A DNA stretch of 64,000 nucleotides, taken from NCBI GenBank assembly GCA_963708135.1, contig OY970192.1, positions 3,520,001 to 3,584,000 of the forward strand. The letters are read 5' to 3'. The notes under the pieces were generated by a model. That model was not told where the DNA came from. It worked only from the letters and a program-made list of their open reading frames with translations, and made no database searches. The DNA is from an uncultured Gemmatimonadales bacterium. GTDB taxonomy: Bacteria > Gemmatimonadota > Gemmatimonadetes > Longimicrobiales > RSA9. A program made the position numbers and the translations under genes. This document shows positions 37,661 through 46,323 of this stretch, one piece after another. Each line of letters opens with the position of its first letter. Position 1 is the first letter of the stretch.

Positions 37661-39172
37661 ATGACTGCTGTGGCCGCACTGGAAAACCCGCTGATCATCC
37701 AGGGTGGGATGGGAGTCGGGGTGTCGGATTGGGTGCTGGCACGGGCCGTCTCGCTCCGGGGCCAGCTCGGGGTGGTGTCGGGCACGTGCATCGACTCGGT
37801 GCTGGTGAGGCGGTTGCAGGATGGGGACGTGGGGGGGCACATCCGACGCGCAATGGAGCACTTCCCGATGCCGGACGTGACCGGAGAGGTGCTGCGGAAG
37901 TACTTCCGGCCGGAGGGTCGGGAGCCGGACGAGCCTTACAAGCTGCTGCCGATGTATCGACAGGTGGTGTCGAGCGCACGCGAGCGGCTGACGATGCTCG
38001 CGTCCTTCGTCGAGGTGTTCCTGGCCAAGGAGGGGCATGACGGCTGGGTCGGCATGAACCTGCTGACCAAGGTGCAGATGCCGAACCTCGCCACCCTGTA
38101 CGGGGCAATGCTCGCCGGAGTGGACTACGTCCTGATGGGGGCGGGGATCCCCAAGGAGATTCCGGGCGTGCTGGACCGCTTCGCGCGCCACGAGAAGGCC
38201 TCGCTGAAGTTCGAGGTCGAGGGGCTCGCGCACGGCGAGTCGGAGGAGCTGACGTTCGACCCCAGGGACCACTTCGACGCACCGCCTCTCGAGATCAAGC
38301 GGCCGAAATTCCTGCCGATCATCTCCTCGAACTCCCTCGCCACGATGCTGGTGCGCAAGGCCAGCGGGCCGGTGGACGGCTTCGTGGTGGAGGCACCCAC
38401 CGCCGGCGGCCACAACGCGCCGCCACGGGGGGCGCCGGTCTACAACGAGCGAGGCGAGCCGCAGTACGGCGAGCGGGACGAGGTCGATCTGGACAAGCTT
38501 GGGGAGCACGGACTGCCGTTCTGGCTGGCGGGCGGAGCCGGCTCGCCGGACAAGCTCTGCGAGGCCCTCGAGGCGGGCGCGGCGGGCATCCAGGTGGGGA
38601 CGCTGTTCGCCTACTCGGACGAGTCGGGGATCGCGCCGGAGCTCAAGCGGTCGGTGATCGCGCAGGCGCAGGATGAGCGCACCGACGTGGTAACGGATCC
38701 CCGCGCCTCCCCGACGGGCTACCCGTTCAAGGTGGTGCAGCTGCAGGGGACGCTCTCACAGCACATCCTCTACCAGCAGCGGGAGCGGGTGTGCGACCTG
38801 GGTTACCTGCGCATTGCCTACAAGAGGGAGGACGGCCGGATCGACTACCGCTGCGCGGCCGAACCGGTGGAGACGTACCGGAAGAAGGGCGGAGCCGTGG
38901 ACGACACGGTCGGCCGCAAGTGCCTGTGCAACGGGCTCTTCGCCACGATCGGCCACGCGCAGGTACGGGCCGGCGGGCGGCCCGAGCGGCCGGTGGTCAC
39001 GAGCGGCGACGCGCTGGACACGATCCGTCAGCTGGTGAAGCCGGGGCGCAGCGGCTACAGCGCGGGGGAGGTTCTGGATTACCTGATGTCGGCGCTGCCG
39101 GCGGCACTGCTGCCGGTGCACCGCCGGCGACGACTGGCGGCCTCCCGTCCCGCCCGGACGCTCACCGCGTAG
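37661..39172 (+). CDS. Nitronate-monooxygenase/FabK-like FMN TIM-barrel oxidoreductase with Cys motifs
   Basis: IIQGGMGVGVS, MGAGIP, AGGHN, WLAGG, GIQVGTLF, SPTGYP, CDLGYL, CAAEP, CLCNGL. Confidence 0.85.
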   Translation: MTAVAALENPLIIQGGMGVGVSDWVLARAVSLRGQLGVVSGTCIDSVLVRRLQDGDVGGHIRRAMEHFPMPDVTGEVLRKYFRPEGREPDEPYKLLPMYRQVVSSARERLTMLASFVEVFLAKEGHDGWVGMNLLTKVQMPNLATLYGAMLAGVDYVLMGAGIPKEIPGVLDRFARHEKASLKFEVEGLAHGESEELTFDPRDHFDAPPLEIKRPKFLPIISSNSLATMLVRKASGPVDGFVVEAPTAGGHNAPPRGAPVYNERGEPQYGERDEVDLDKLGEHGLPFWLAGGAGSPDKLCEALEAGAAGIQVGTLFAYSDESGIAPELKRSVIAQAQDERTDVVTDPRASPTGYPFKVVQLQGTLSQHILYQQRERVCDLGYLRIAYKREDGRIDYRCAAEPVETYRKKGGAVDDTVGRKCLCNGLFATIGHAQVRAGGRPERPVVTSGDALDTIRQLVKPGRSGYSAGEVLDYLMSALPAALLPVHRRRRLAASRPARTLTA

Positions 39173-39214
39173 CCGACCCGGCCCTCCGCCCGCGGCGCCC
39201 GGCGTGCCGCACGA

Positions 39215-39259
39215 CGCCCCGGCCGCCGCGCCCGTTCTTCGGGCGCGGCGGCCGGGGCG
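39215..39259 (+). terminator. Perfect 20-bp hairpin terminator
   Basis: CGCCCCGGCCGCCGCGCCCG-TTCTT-CGGGCGCGGCGGCCGGGGCG then GTTT; between convergent genes. Confidence 0.75.
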
Positions 39260-39343
39260 GTTTGGTCTCTGGGTGTGGCGTCCGAATCCCGACCCGAAGC
39301 CGCGTGGCGCCCGGCACGCACGACGACCCTGCGTGCGCACGGC

Positions 39344-40507
39344 TCACGGGTGCCGCGGCTGGGCGCCCCAGCGGCCGATACGTCCGTTCGTCCCCGCGGC
39401 CAGCCCGAGGCCTCCGTCGAAGGCGACGGTGTTCCAGGCCTCGTCCGAAATCGCCGTCCAGGTGACGCCGTCATCGAGCGAGTACCCGGAGCCGGACGGC
39501 CCCACCGCGAAGAGCGCCCGCCGCCCGCCGAAGCGTCCCCAGGCGACGCCGTAACGCACACCCGCCGGGAGCGCCCGCCCCGCCACGGTCCACGTCCGGC
39601 CCCCATCGTCCGTCCTCAGCACGTTCTGCAGGGAGACCGTCGGCTTCTGGTAGTCTCCACCGACCGCGGCCCCGTGCTGCGCATCGCGGAAGGCGAGGCC
39701 GAAGATGCCTGCGGTGGCGCCGCCGGGGAGCGGGGTGTCCGCCACACTCCAGGTTCGGCCGTAGTCTGTGGTCCGGAACACCCGCGCGTGTGCGCCGCCG
39801 CCGGTGCCGAACCAGGCGCGCCCGTCCGGGCCGGTCACGATCGCCGTCCCGCTGGCGGCGAAGCCCGCCTCGCCGGCGAGCGGGGGCGGGATCGAGGCGT
39901 TAGGTACCTCGGCCCAGGTCCGGCCGCCATCGTCGGTGCGCACAATGAGGAAGGCGCCATCCACCGGGTCGCTGAAAGCGAGGCCGCGCCGCCCGTCCCA
40001 GAAGGCCATGCCGTCGAAGAAGACGCCCGTCCCGCTCCTGCGGTACTGCTCGGACCAGTGGAGGCCGCCGTCCACGGTGTGGTAGATCCGGCTCTCGCCG
40101 CCGTTGAAGTCGGTGCCGAGAAGCCAGGCCGTATCCGGTCCCGTCGCGTACGCATCGACGAGGAAGAGGGTGGCCGCCTGCGGGATGGAGTCGACCGTCC
40201 AGTTTCCGCCGCCGTCGGTGGTGCGCAACCACGCCCCGCCCCGCCCCGCCGCCCAGCCGGCCTCGCCCGCCAGGGTCAACCCCCGGATCTCCGGGCCACC
40301 CGAGTGCTGGCCCACCCAGCCGAAGGTGGACGGGCCGACCAGGGTGTCGTTGGGGGAGGAATCCGGCGGAAGCACGCGCGGCAGCACCCGGCCCCCGGGA
40401 CCGGGCGAGGCCGGCCCGGGCGCAGGCGCGGGCGGCCCTGGCGCGACCGCGCCGCCGCAGCCGAGCGCGAGCGGCAGAAGGAGCAGGATGGTGGTGGCGA
40501 AGCGCAT
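39344..40507 (-). CDS. Asp-box/BNR beta-propeller lipoprotein (Ycf48-like)
   Basis: Lipobox LALGC; repeated RTxDGGxxW; FSDP, EAGFAASG, VGGDY. Start moved to ATG 40507. Confidence 0.85.
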   Translation of the reverse strand: MRFATTILLLLPLALGCGGAVAPGPPAPAPGPASPGPGGRVLPRVLPPDSSPNDTLVGPSTFGWVGQHSGGPEIRGLTLAGEAGWAAGRGGAWLRTTDGGGNWTVDSIPQAATLFLVDAYATGPDTAWLLGTDFNGGESRIYHTVDGGLHWSEQYRRSGTGVFFDGMAFWDGRRGLAFSDPVDGAFLIVRTDDGGRTWAEVPNASIPPPLAGEAGFAASGTAIVTGPDGRAWFGTGGGAHARVFRTTDYGRTWSVADTPLPGGATAGIFGLAFRDAQHGAAVGGDYQKPTVSLQNVLRTDDGGRTWTVAGRALPAGVRYGVAWGRFGGRRALFAVGPSGSGYSLDDGVTWTAISDEAWNTVAFDGGLGLAAGTNGRIGRWGAQPRHP

Positions 40508-40602
40508 GGGCTCTCCGGCTGGGCTGTGGGGGCGCGGCGGGCGCGCGCGGATTCGCGGCACGTTCCGGACCGGCGGGAGCTGCGGGGCGGCATCGCCTGG
40601 CG

Positions 40603-41775
40603 TCAATCCTCGGGCGGCTGAGGCGCGGCATGGAACCAGCGGGCCATGAGCACATCGGTCGAGGAGTGAGCGATCATCGAGATCACAATGGTGATGGCGG
40701 CAATGTGGTAGACGTCGACCGCCTGCGCGACCTGGGTGCGGAGCACGAAGAGGGCGTAGACCACGGAGGCGAAGCCCTTGGGTCCGAACCACCCGGCGGC
40801 GAGCTTCTCGCCGCGGGTGAATGGGGTGCCGGCGAGGGAGATCCAGACGATGGGCGGGCGCACGGCGAGGAGCGCGAGGACGGCGAAGAGGTAGGCGCGC
40901 CAGCCCACGGTCAGCAGGAAGTGGATGGAGATGAGGGCGCCGAAGACGAGTAGCGCGGCAAGCTTGAGGAGCTCCGCGATCGACTCCGTGAACGCGTGGA
41001 AGCCGGCCTTGAGGTCCGGATCGGCGGCGGCCACCGTGGCGCCGGCGGTGAAGGCGGCGAGGAAGGAGTTGGCGCCGATGAGGTCGGCGACCGCGTAGAC
41101 GAGAACGCCCAGCGCGAAGGCGCCGAGGGGCTGATAGCGCTCGGTGGCGGAGAAGAAGGGGAGGTGGCCGAGCATGATCGCGCCGAGCGCGATCGCCACG
41201 CCGAGCACGAGGCCGGCGGCCAGGTGCGAGTAGAGCGAGGGCAGGTCGGTGCCGCCCCGGGACATGAGCGCGATGAAGGCGAGCACGGCGGGGAGCGCGA
41301 GGCCATCGTTCAGGCCGCTCTCGACGTTGAGCATCCGGCTGAGCCGGCCGGGCGTCGTCTTGCGGCCGACGAGCGCGGAGGCGAACACGGGGTCGGTGGG
41401 CGTTAGCACCGCCGCAAGCAGGAGCGCCGGCAGCCACGCGAGCCCCGCCACGAAGCGCGCGAGCAGTGTCAGCGCGCCGAAGGCAAGCGGCATCCCGATG
41501 AGCAGGACGCGAGCGGAGTAGTGCCACTCCCGCCGGAGCGAGGGGATGTCGAGGCGCATGCCGTCCGTGAACAGCACGGCGAAGAGCGCCAGCTCCGCCA
41601 GGCGGGAGACCACCGGCGCGATGGGCTGGAACTCGATGAGGTCGAGCGCCGAGCCGGAGATGAGGAACCCCGCCACCAGGAACAGCACCGCCGTGGACAG
41701 CACGCTCCGCTCGGCGAGGGTGGAGACGTACACCGCGAGCAGCAGCGCGAGGGCGTAGGCGGCGAGTGCTTCCAA
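40603..41775 (-). CDS. CPA1/NhaP-type cation:proton antiporter
   Basis: LFTDG, LTPTDPV, LNVESGLNDG, GWFGPKG; many TM segments. TTG start is tentative. Confidence 0.9.
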   Translation of the reverse strand: MEALAAYALALLLAVYVSTLAERSVLSTAVLFLVAGFLISGSALDLIEFQPIAPVVSRLAELALFAVLFTDGMRLDIPSLRREWHYSARVLLIGMPLAFGALTLLARFVAGLAWLPALLLAAVLTPTDPVFASALVGRKTTPGRLSRMLNVESGLNDGLALPAVLAFIALMSRGGTDLPSLYSHLAAGLVLGVAIALGAIMLGHLPFFSATERYQPLGAFALGVLVYAVADLIGANSFLAAFTAGATVAAADPDLKAGFHAFTESIAELLKLAALLVFGALISIHFLLTVGWRAYLFAVLALLAVRPPIVWISLAGTPFTRGEKLAAGWFGPKGFASVVYALFVLRTQVAQAVDVYHIAAITIVISMIAHSSTDVLMARWFHAAPQPPED

Positions 41776-41939
41776 GTCGCTCCGGTGGCAGGGGTGCGCA
41801 GCTCCGCGGTGGAGGCTCCGCACGCCGCGTTCCGGTGGCTCCCGAAGTCGACAGCCGGCAACGTCCCGGCCCGCCGCGGCCCTGCTCGGCGCCGGAGCGT
41901 GCTTGGCGCCGCCACCGGCCGGGGCTTATCTTCGCCGCC

Positions 41940-43655
41940 ATGCCCAGCTTCCGCACGATTCGCCTGGCGGCGGCCCTGCTCGCCCTGTCGTCGCTGACCC
42001 TCGCGGTGCCGCACGCGGCCGCACAGCGCCCGGCGGCACAGCAGCCTGCCCCGGACAGCGCCGCCGGCGACTCCACCCGGGCGCCGCGCGACACCGCGGT
42101 TTTCGCCGCATACAACCGCACGATCTTCATCTTCCGCGCGCCACTCGGCGCACTCTCCTCCGCCGAACGGGCGCAGGCCGCGTCCCGCCGGGTGAATGCC
42201 CTCGTCGCCCGGGGTGGTCCGGCCGAGATCATGCTGCAGCGCGCGCCGGAGGGGTATCTCATCGTCGCCGACAGCGAGCCGGTGTTCACGGTCACCCCGG
42301 GCGACGTCCCGATCGGCGACACCGCGACGCTGGCCATGCTCGCCACCGCGGCGGGCGGCCGCCTGCAGGCGGCGGTGCGCTCCGAGATCGAGCAGCGCAG
42401 CCTCTCCGGCGTGCTGCACGCCATCGGGTTCGCCCTGCTCGCCACGGTCATCTTCCTGTTCTTCCTACGCATCCTCTATTACGGGCGCCGGAACGGGCTC
42501 GTGCGGCTGCGCGCGACGTCCAAGCGCGTGCCCACGCTGGCGATCCGAGGCTTCAAGCTGCTCGACGCGAGCCGCATCGTCGGCTTCCTGCGCATCGCGC
42601 TCGAGATGTTCATCTGGGGCTTCGGCCTCTTCGTGGCGTACCTCTGGCTCGCCTACGTGCTCACCCGCTTCCCCTACAGCCGCCCGTGGGGCGAGGCGCT
42701 CGGCGCCTACCTCGTCAGCACCGTCAGCTCCCTGGCCGGCGGCGTACTCCGGGCGATGCCCAACCTGTTCGTCATCGTCCTCATCATCGTCGCGACACGT
42801 TTCCTGACCCGCTTCATCACTTCGTTCTTCAACGCGATCGAGGCCGAGACGGTCACCGTCTCGTTGATCCATTCCGAGACCGCCCAGCCCACCCGTCGCA
42901 TCGTCGTCGCCCTCCTCTGGCTCTTCGCGATCGCGCTGGTCTACCCCTACATCCCCGGCGCCCACACCGACGCCTTCAAGGGCATCAGCGTCTTCGCGGG
43001 CGTCCTCATCACCCTGGGCTCCACCGGCGTCGTCGGCCAGGCCATGAGCGGCCTCGTCCTCATGTACGCCCGCGCCCTCAAGGTCGGTGACTACGTCCGC
43101 ATCGCCGAGACCGAGGGCACCGTCGTCCAGCTCGGCGTGCTCTCCACCAAGATCGCGACCACCAAGGGCGAGCTCGTCACCATCCCCAACGCCGTCGTGG
43201 TCTCCAACCAGACCAAGAACTTCACCCGCTTCCAGGGCAGCAACCTGGTCCTCTACACCAGCGTGACCATCGGCTACGACACGCCCTGGCGGCAGATCCA
43301 CGCGCTCCTCACCGACGCCGCCGCGAAGACGCCCGACGTCCTCGCGCAGCCGGCGCCCTTCGTGCTCCAGACCGCGCTCTCCGACTTCTACGTCGAGTAC
43401 CAGCTCAACGTCTATGTGGCCCACCCCGAGCGCCGCATCGCCACCCTCTCCGCCCTCCACGCCAACATCCAGGACGCCTTCAACGAGTTCGGCGTGCAGA
43501 TCCTCTCGCCCCACTTCATGATGCAGCCCGACAAGATCGCCGTCGTCCCGCCTGGCAACTGGTACGCGCCACCCGCGCGGGAGCCCGCCGGCGCCTCCCA
43601 GGCCGTCCACGCCGGCGCCGAGAACGGCTCGGATGCCGCCTCGCCCGGGGACTAG
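41940..43655 (+). CDS. MscS-family mechanosensitive channel with periplasmic N-terminal domain
   Basis: Signal peptide; YPYIPG, LKVGDYVRI, VTIPN, VTIGYDTPW, FYVEYQLN, IQDAFNE.GVQILSPH. Confidence 0.92.
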   Translation: MPSFRTIRLAAALLALSSLTLAVPHAAAQRPAAQQPAPDSAAGDSTRAPRDTAVFAAYNRTIFIFRAPLGALSSAERAQAASRRVNALVARGGPAEIMLQRAPEGYLIVADSEPVFTVTPGDVPIGDTATLAMLATAAGGRLQAAVRSEIEQRSLSGVLHAIGFALLATVIFLFFLRILYYGRRNGLVRLRATSKRVPTLAIRGFKLLDASRIVGFLRIALEMFIWGFGLFVAYLWLAYVLTRFPYSRPWGEALGAYLVSTVSSLAGGVLRAMPNLFVIVLIIVATRFLTRFITSFFNAIEAETVTVSLIHSETAQPTRRIVVALLWLFAIALVYPYIPGAHTDAFKGISVFAGVLITLGSTGVVGQAMSGLVLMYARALKVGDYVRIAETEGTVVQLGVLSTKIATTKGELVTIPNAVVVSNQTKNFTRFQGSNLVLYTSVTIGYDTPWRQIHALLTDAAAKTPDVLAQPAPFVLQTALSDFYVEYQLNVYVAHPERRIATLSALHANIQDAFNEFGVQILSPHFMMQPDKIAVVPPGNWYAPPAREPAGASQAVHAGAENGSDAASPGD

Positions 43656-43733
43656 AGCGGCGCCCGGGTACTCCTTCCGCGCCTCCGTTTGCGGCGTCCC
43701 CACGGCCTCGGCGGCCGTCCGGCCCTGGTCCCG

Positions 43734-43749
43734 CGGCACGGGGGTTGCA
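43734..43749 (+). promoter_or_regulatory. Consensus sigma-54 promoter for the CsbD-like gene
   Basis: CGGCACG-GGGG-TTGCA. Confidence 0.75.
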
Positions 43750-43800
43750 ACCATCCAGATATGGTTAACTTGTTCTCACACCACAACTTGGAGGCTCACA

Positions 43801-44031
43801 ATGGACGACCGAAGCAAGCGTGACATCCGGCGCGCCACCCGCCGAGAGGGCGCGGAGCACGAGCTCAAGGGCGCCGAGCGCGAGGTCAAGGGGAAGATCC
43901 GGAAAAACCTCGGCAAGCTGACCGACGACACCTCCGAGGAGCTGAAGGGGAAGGGCCAGGAGGAGCTCGGTGAGCTCGAGCGCAAGGTCGGGCGGACGGT
44001 CCGGGAGCGGACGGACCGGACGGACCGGTAG
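43801..44031 (+). CDS. CsbD-like general stress protein
   Basis: GGAGG RBS; KGAEREVKGKIRKNLGKLTDDTSEELKGKGQEELGELERKVG. Confidence 0.8.
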   Translation: MDDRSKRDIRRATRREGAEHELKGAEREVKGKIRKNLGKLTDDTSEELKGKGQEELGELERKVGRTVRERTDRTDR

Positions 44032-44056
44032 GCGCGCGGAAGGCCGCGCCCGGAGT

Positions 44057-44118
44057 GGCGGGGCGCGGGGCGCGGGATGCGGAGTGCGTGTTCCGCATGC
44101 CGCGTCCTGCGTCCCGCC
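44057..44118 (+). repeat. 27-bp hairpin built from heptamer units
   Basis: GGCGGGGCGCGGGGCGCGGGATGCGGA-N8-TCCGCATGCCGCGTCCTGCGTCCCGCC; 3 G-U pairs and 1 mismatch on the + strand. Confidence 0.75.
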
Positions 44119-44397
44119 GCGCGTCACGGCTGCCGTTGGCCTGTTGCGGGCGCGGCGCGCGCGGGACAGATTACGACAGCCCCCCAGGGGCGTCGGGACA
44201 AGGCGACCGAGCCGGCCCCCCCGCGGGACGCTCGCCACGAGCGGCAAGTGGCGTCCTGGCGGGGGTTTGGCGCATGGTCGATCGTTCGTCCGGGGAGGCG
44301 CGCGGGTTGCCGGATCGGAGCCCGAGTCGATGCAATCCAACGCACAGGAGGCGGCGGCGCGCAGCGCCGCGGGCCTTGAGGCAGCAGGAGGCAAGGG

Positions 44398-45735
44398 ATG
44401 AAGGATACGCTGACGATCACGGACAACCGGACGGGCAACACGATCGAGGTTCCGATCCAGTACGGCACGTACCCGGAGTACGGGGCGGCGGTGCGGACGG
44501 CAGAGCTGAGGCAGCTGAAGTCATCGCCGGAGGATTTCGGGCTGCTGGGCTACGACCCGGCGTTCATGAACACGGCGTCGTGCAAGAGCGCGATCACGTT
44601 CATCGACGGGGACAAGGGGATCCTTCGCTACCGCGGGTATCCGATCGAGGAGGTGGCGACGAAGAGCTCGTTCCTCGAGGTGGCGTACCTGCTCCTGCAC
44701 GGTGAGCTGCCGACGCAGCCGCAGCTGGACGCGTTCACGCACGAGATCACGTTCCACACGTTCCTGCACGAGAACGTGAAGAAGCTGATGGAGGGCTTCC
44801 ACCACGATGCGCACCCGATGGGGATCTTCGTGAGCACGGTGGCGGCGCTCTCGACGTTCTACCCCGAGGCGCGCGACATCTCGGATGCGGACAACCGGAC
44901 GCGGCAGATCCACCGGCTGATCGCGAAGGTGCCGACGGTGTCGGCGTTCGCGTACCGGCACAGCGTGGGGCTGCCGTACGCATACCCGGACAACGACCTC
45001 GGCTACGCGGGCAACTTCCTGAACATGATGTTCCGGATAAGCGAGCCGAAGTACTCGCCGGATCCGATCCTGGAGCGGGCGCTGAACGTGCTCTTCATCC
45101 TGCACGCGGACCACGAGCAGAACTGCAGCGCGAACGCGATGCGGAGCGTGGGCAGCTCGCATGCGGACCCGTACGTCTCGGTTTCGGCGGCGGCGTCGGC
45201 GCTGTACGGCCCGCTGCACGGCGGCGCGAACGAGCAGGTGCTGCGGATGCTGCGTGAGATCGGCAGGAAGGAAAACGTGGCGGAGTACGTGAAGCGGGTG
45301 AAGGCGGGCGAGTTCCGGCTGATGGGGTTCGGGCACCGGGTGTACAAGAACTACGATCCGCGCGCCCGGATCCTGAAGGAGATGGCGCCGCAGATCTTCA
45401 GCGTGACGGGGAAGAACCCGCTGCTCGACATCGCGCTCGAGCTCGAGCGGATCAGCCTGGAGGACGACTACTTCGTGAGCCGGAAGCTGTACCCGAACGT
45501 GGACTTCTACTCGGGGATCATCTACCAGGCAATGGGCTTCCCGGTGGCCATGTTCCCGGTGCTGTTCGCGATCCCGCGCACGGCCGGCTGGCTCGCGCAG
45601 TGGCAGGAGATGCTCACGGACCCGGAGCAGAAGATCGCCCGGCCGCGCCAGGTCTACACGGGCGCGGACGAGCGGGACTACCAGGCCATGAGCATGCGCC
45701 GCGAGATGAAGATGGAACCGGAGGTGAAGCGGTAG
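44398..45735 (+). CDS. gltA: Citrate synthase
   Basis: YDPAFMNTASC, GILRYRGYPIE, HADHEQNCS, GPLHGGANE, LMGFGHRVYKNYDPRA, LYPNVDFYSG, RPRQVY. Confidence 0.98.
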   Translation: MKDTLTITDNRTGNTIEVPIQYGTYPEYGAAVRTAELRQLKSSPEDFGLLGYDPAFMNTASCKSAITFIDGDKGILRYRGYPIEEVATKSSFLEVAYLLLHGELPTQPQLDAFTHEITFHTFLHENVKKLMEGFHHDAHPMGIFVSTVAALSTFYPEARDISDADNRTRQIHRLIAKVPTVSAFAYRHSVGLPYAYPDNDLGYAGNFLNMMFRISEPKYSPDPILERALNVLFILHADHEQNCSANAMRSVGSSHADPYVSVSAAASALYGPLHGGANEQVLRMLREIGRKENVAEYVKRVKAGEFRLMGFGHRVYKNYDPRARILKEMAPQIFSVTGKNPLLDIALELERISLEDDYFVSRKLYPNVDFYSGIIYQAMGFPVAMFPVLFAIPRTAGWLAQWQEMLTDPEQKIARPRQVYTGADERDYQAMSMRREMKMEPEVKR

Positions 45736-45776
45736 GCGACCCTTCCCGGCGCCGGCTTCCGGCGTGTAGCGGGGCT

Positions 45777-45809
45777 CGCGGGGCCCTCCGGGTTGCCGGG
45801 GGCCCCGCG
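45777..45809. terminator. Hairpin between convergent gltA and arfB
   Basis: CGCGGGGCCC-T-CCGG-GTTG-CCGG-GGGCCCCGCG. Confidence 0.55.
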
Positions 45810-45859
45810 CTGCATCCGGGAGCGGAGGGCATCAGGCTCCACGCCTCCGGCCCCGGGAG

Positions 45860-46318
45860 TCAATCCTCCCGGCGGACCCTGCCCCGTGTCTTCTTCACCT
45901 CGGCCCGCCTCTTCTTCTCGCGCAGGCGCTTCTCCTTCTGGGCCCGGGGGACCTTCGTCTTCTTGCGCCGCTTCCGGACGCGCAGCGCGCGCTCGAGCAT
46001 GCGGCGCAACCGCTCCGTGACCTCTTCCCGGTTCTGGTGCTGGCTGCGGCTGCCGGCGGCGGCCAGGTGGAGCACACCCTCCGAGTCGATGCGGTTGGCG
46101 AGCTTCTCCCGGAGGCGTGCGCGCTGGGAGTGGCTGAGCGAGGGCGAGCTCGCCACGTCCCAGGTCAGCTCGACGCGCGTGGAGGAGGTGTTCACGTGCT
46201 GCCCGCCGGGGCCGCCCGCGCGGCTGGCGCGGTAGGCCAGCTCGGCGCGCGGCAGGGCGAGCGTGTCGCTTACGCGCAGCAGCGCATGCTCTGGCGGCTC
46301 GGGGACGGGATCCGGCAC
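45860..46318 (-). CDS. arfB: Alternative ribosome-rescue peptidyl-tRNA hydrolase
   Basis: SRAGGPGGQHVNTSSTRVEL, RSQHQNRE, basic C-terminal tail. GTG start is tentative. Confidence 0.93.
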   Translation of the reverse strand: MPDPVPEPPEHALLRVSDTLALPRAELAYRASRAGGPGGQHVNTSSTRVELTWDVASSPSLSHSQRARLREKLANRIDSEGVLHLAAAGSRSQHQNREEVTERLRRMLERALRVRKRRKKTKVPRAQKEKRLREKKRRAEVKKTRGRVRRED

Positions 46319-46323
46319 GGCGG

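Noticed and set aside
39344..42472. 1042-aa ORF as a single protein
   Set aside because: Only the last 387 aa (from the lipoprotein signal at 40507) are protein-like; the rest overlaps the antiporter and mscS in other frames.
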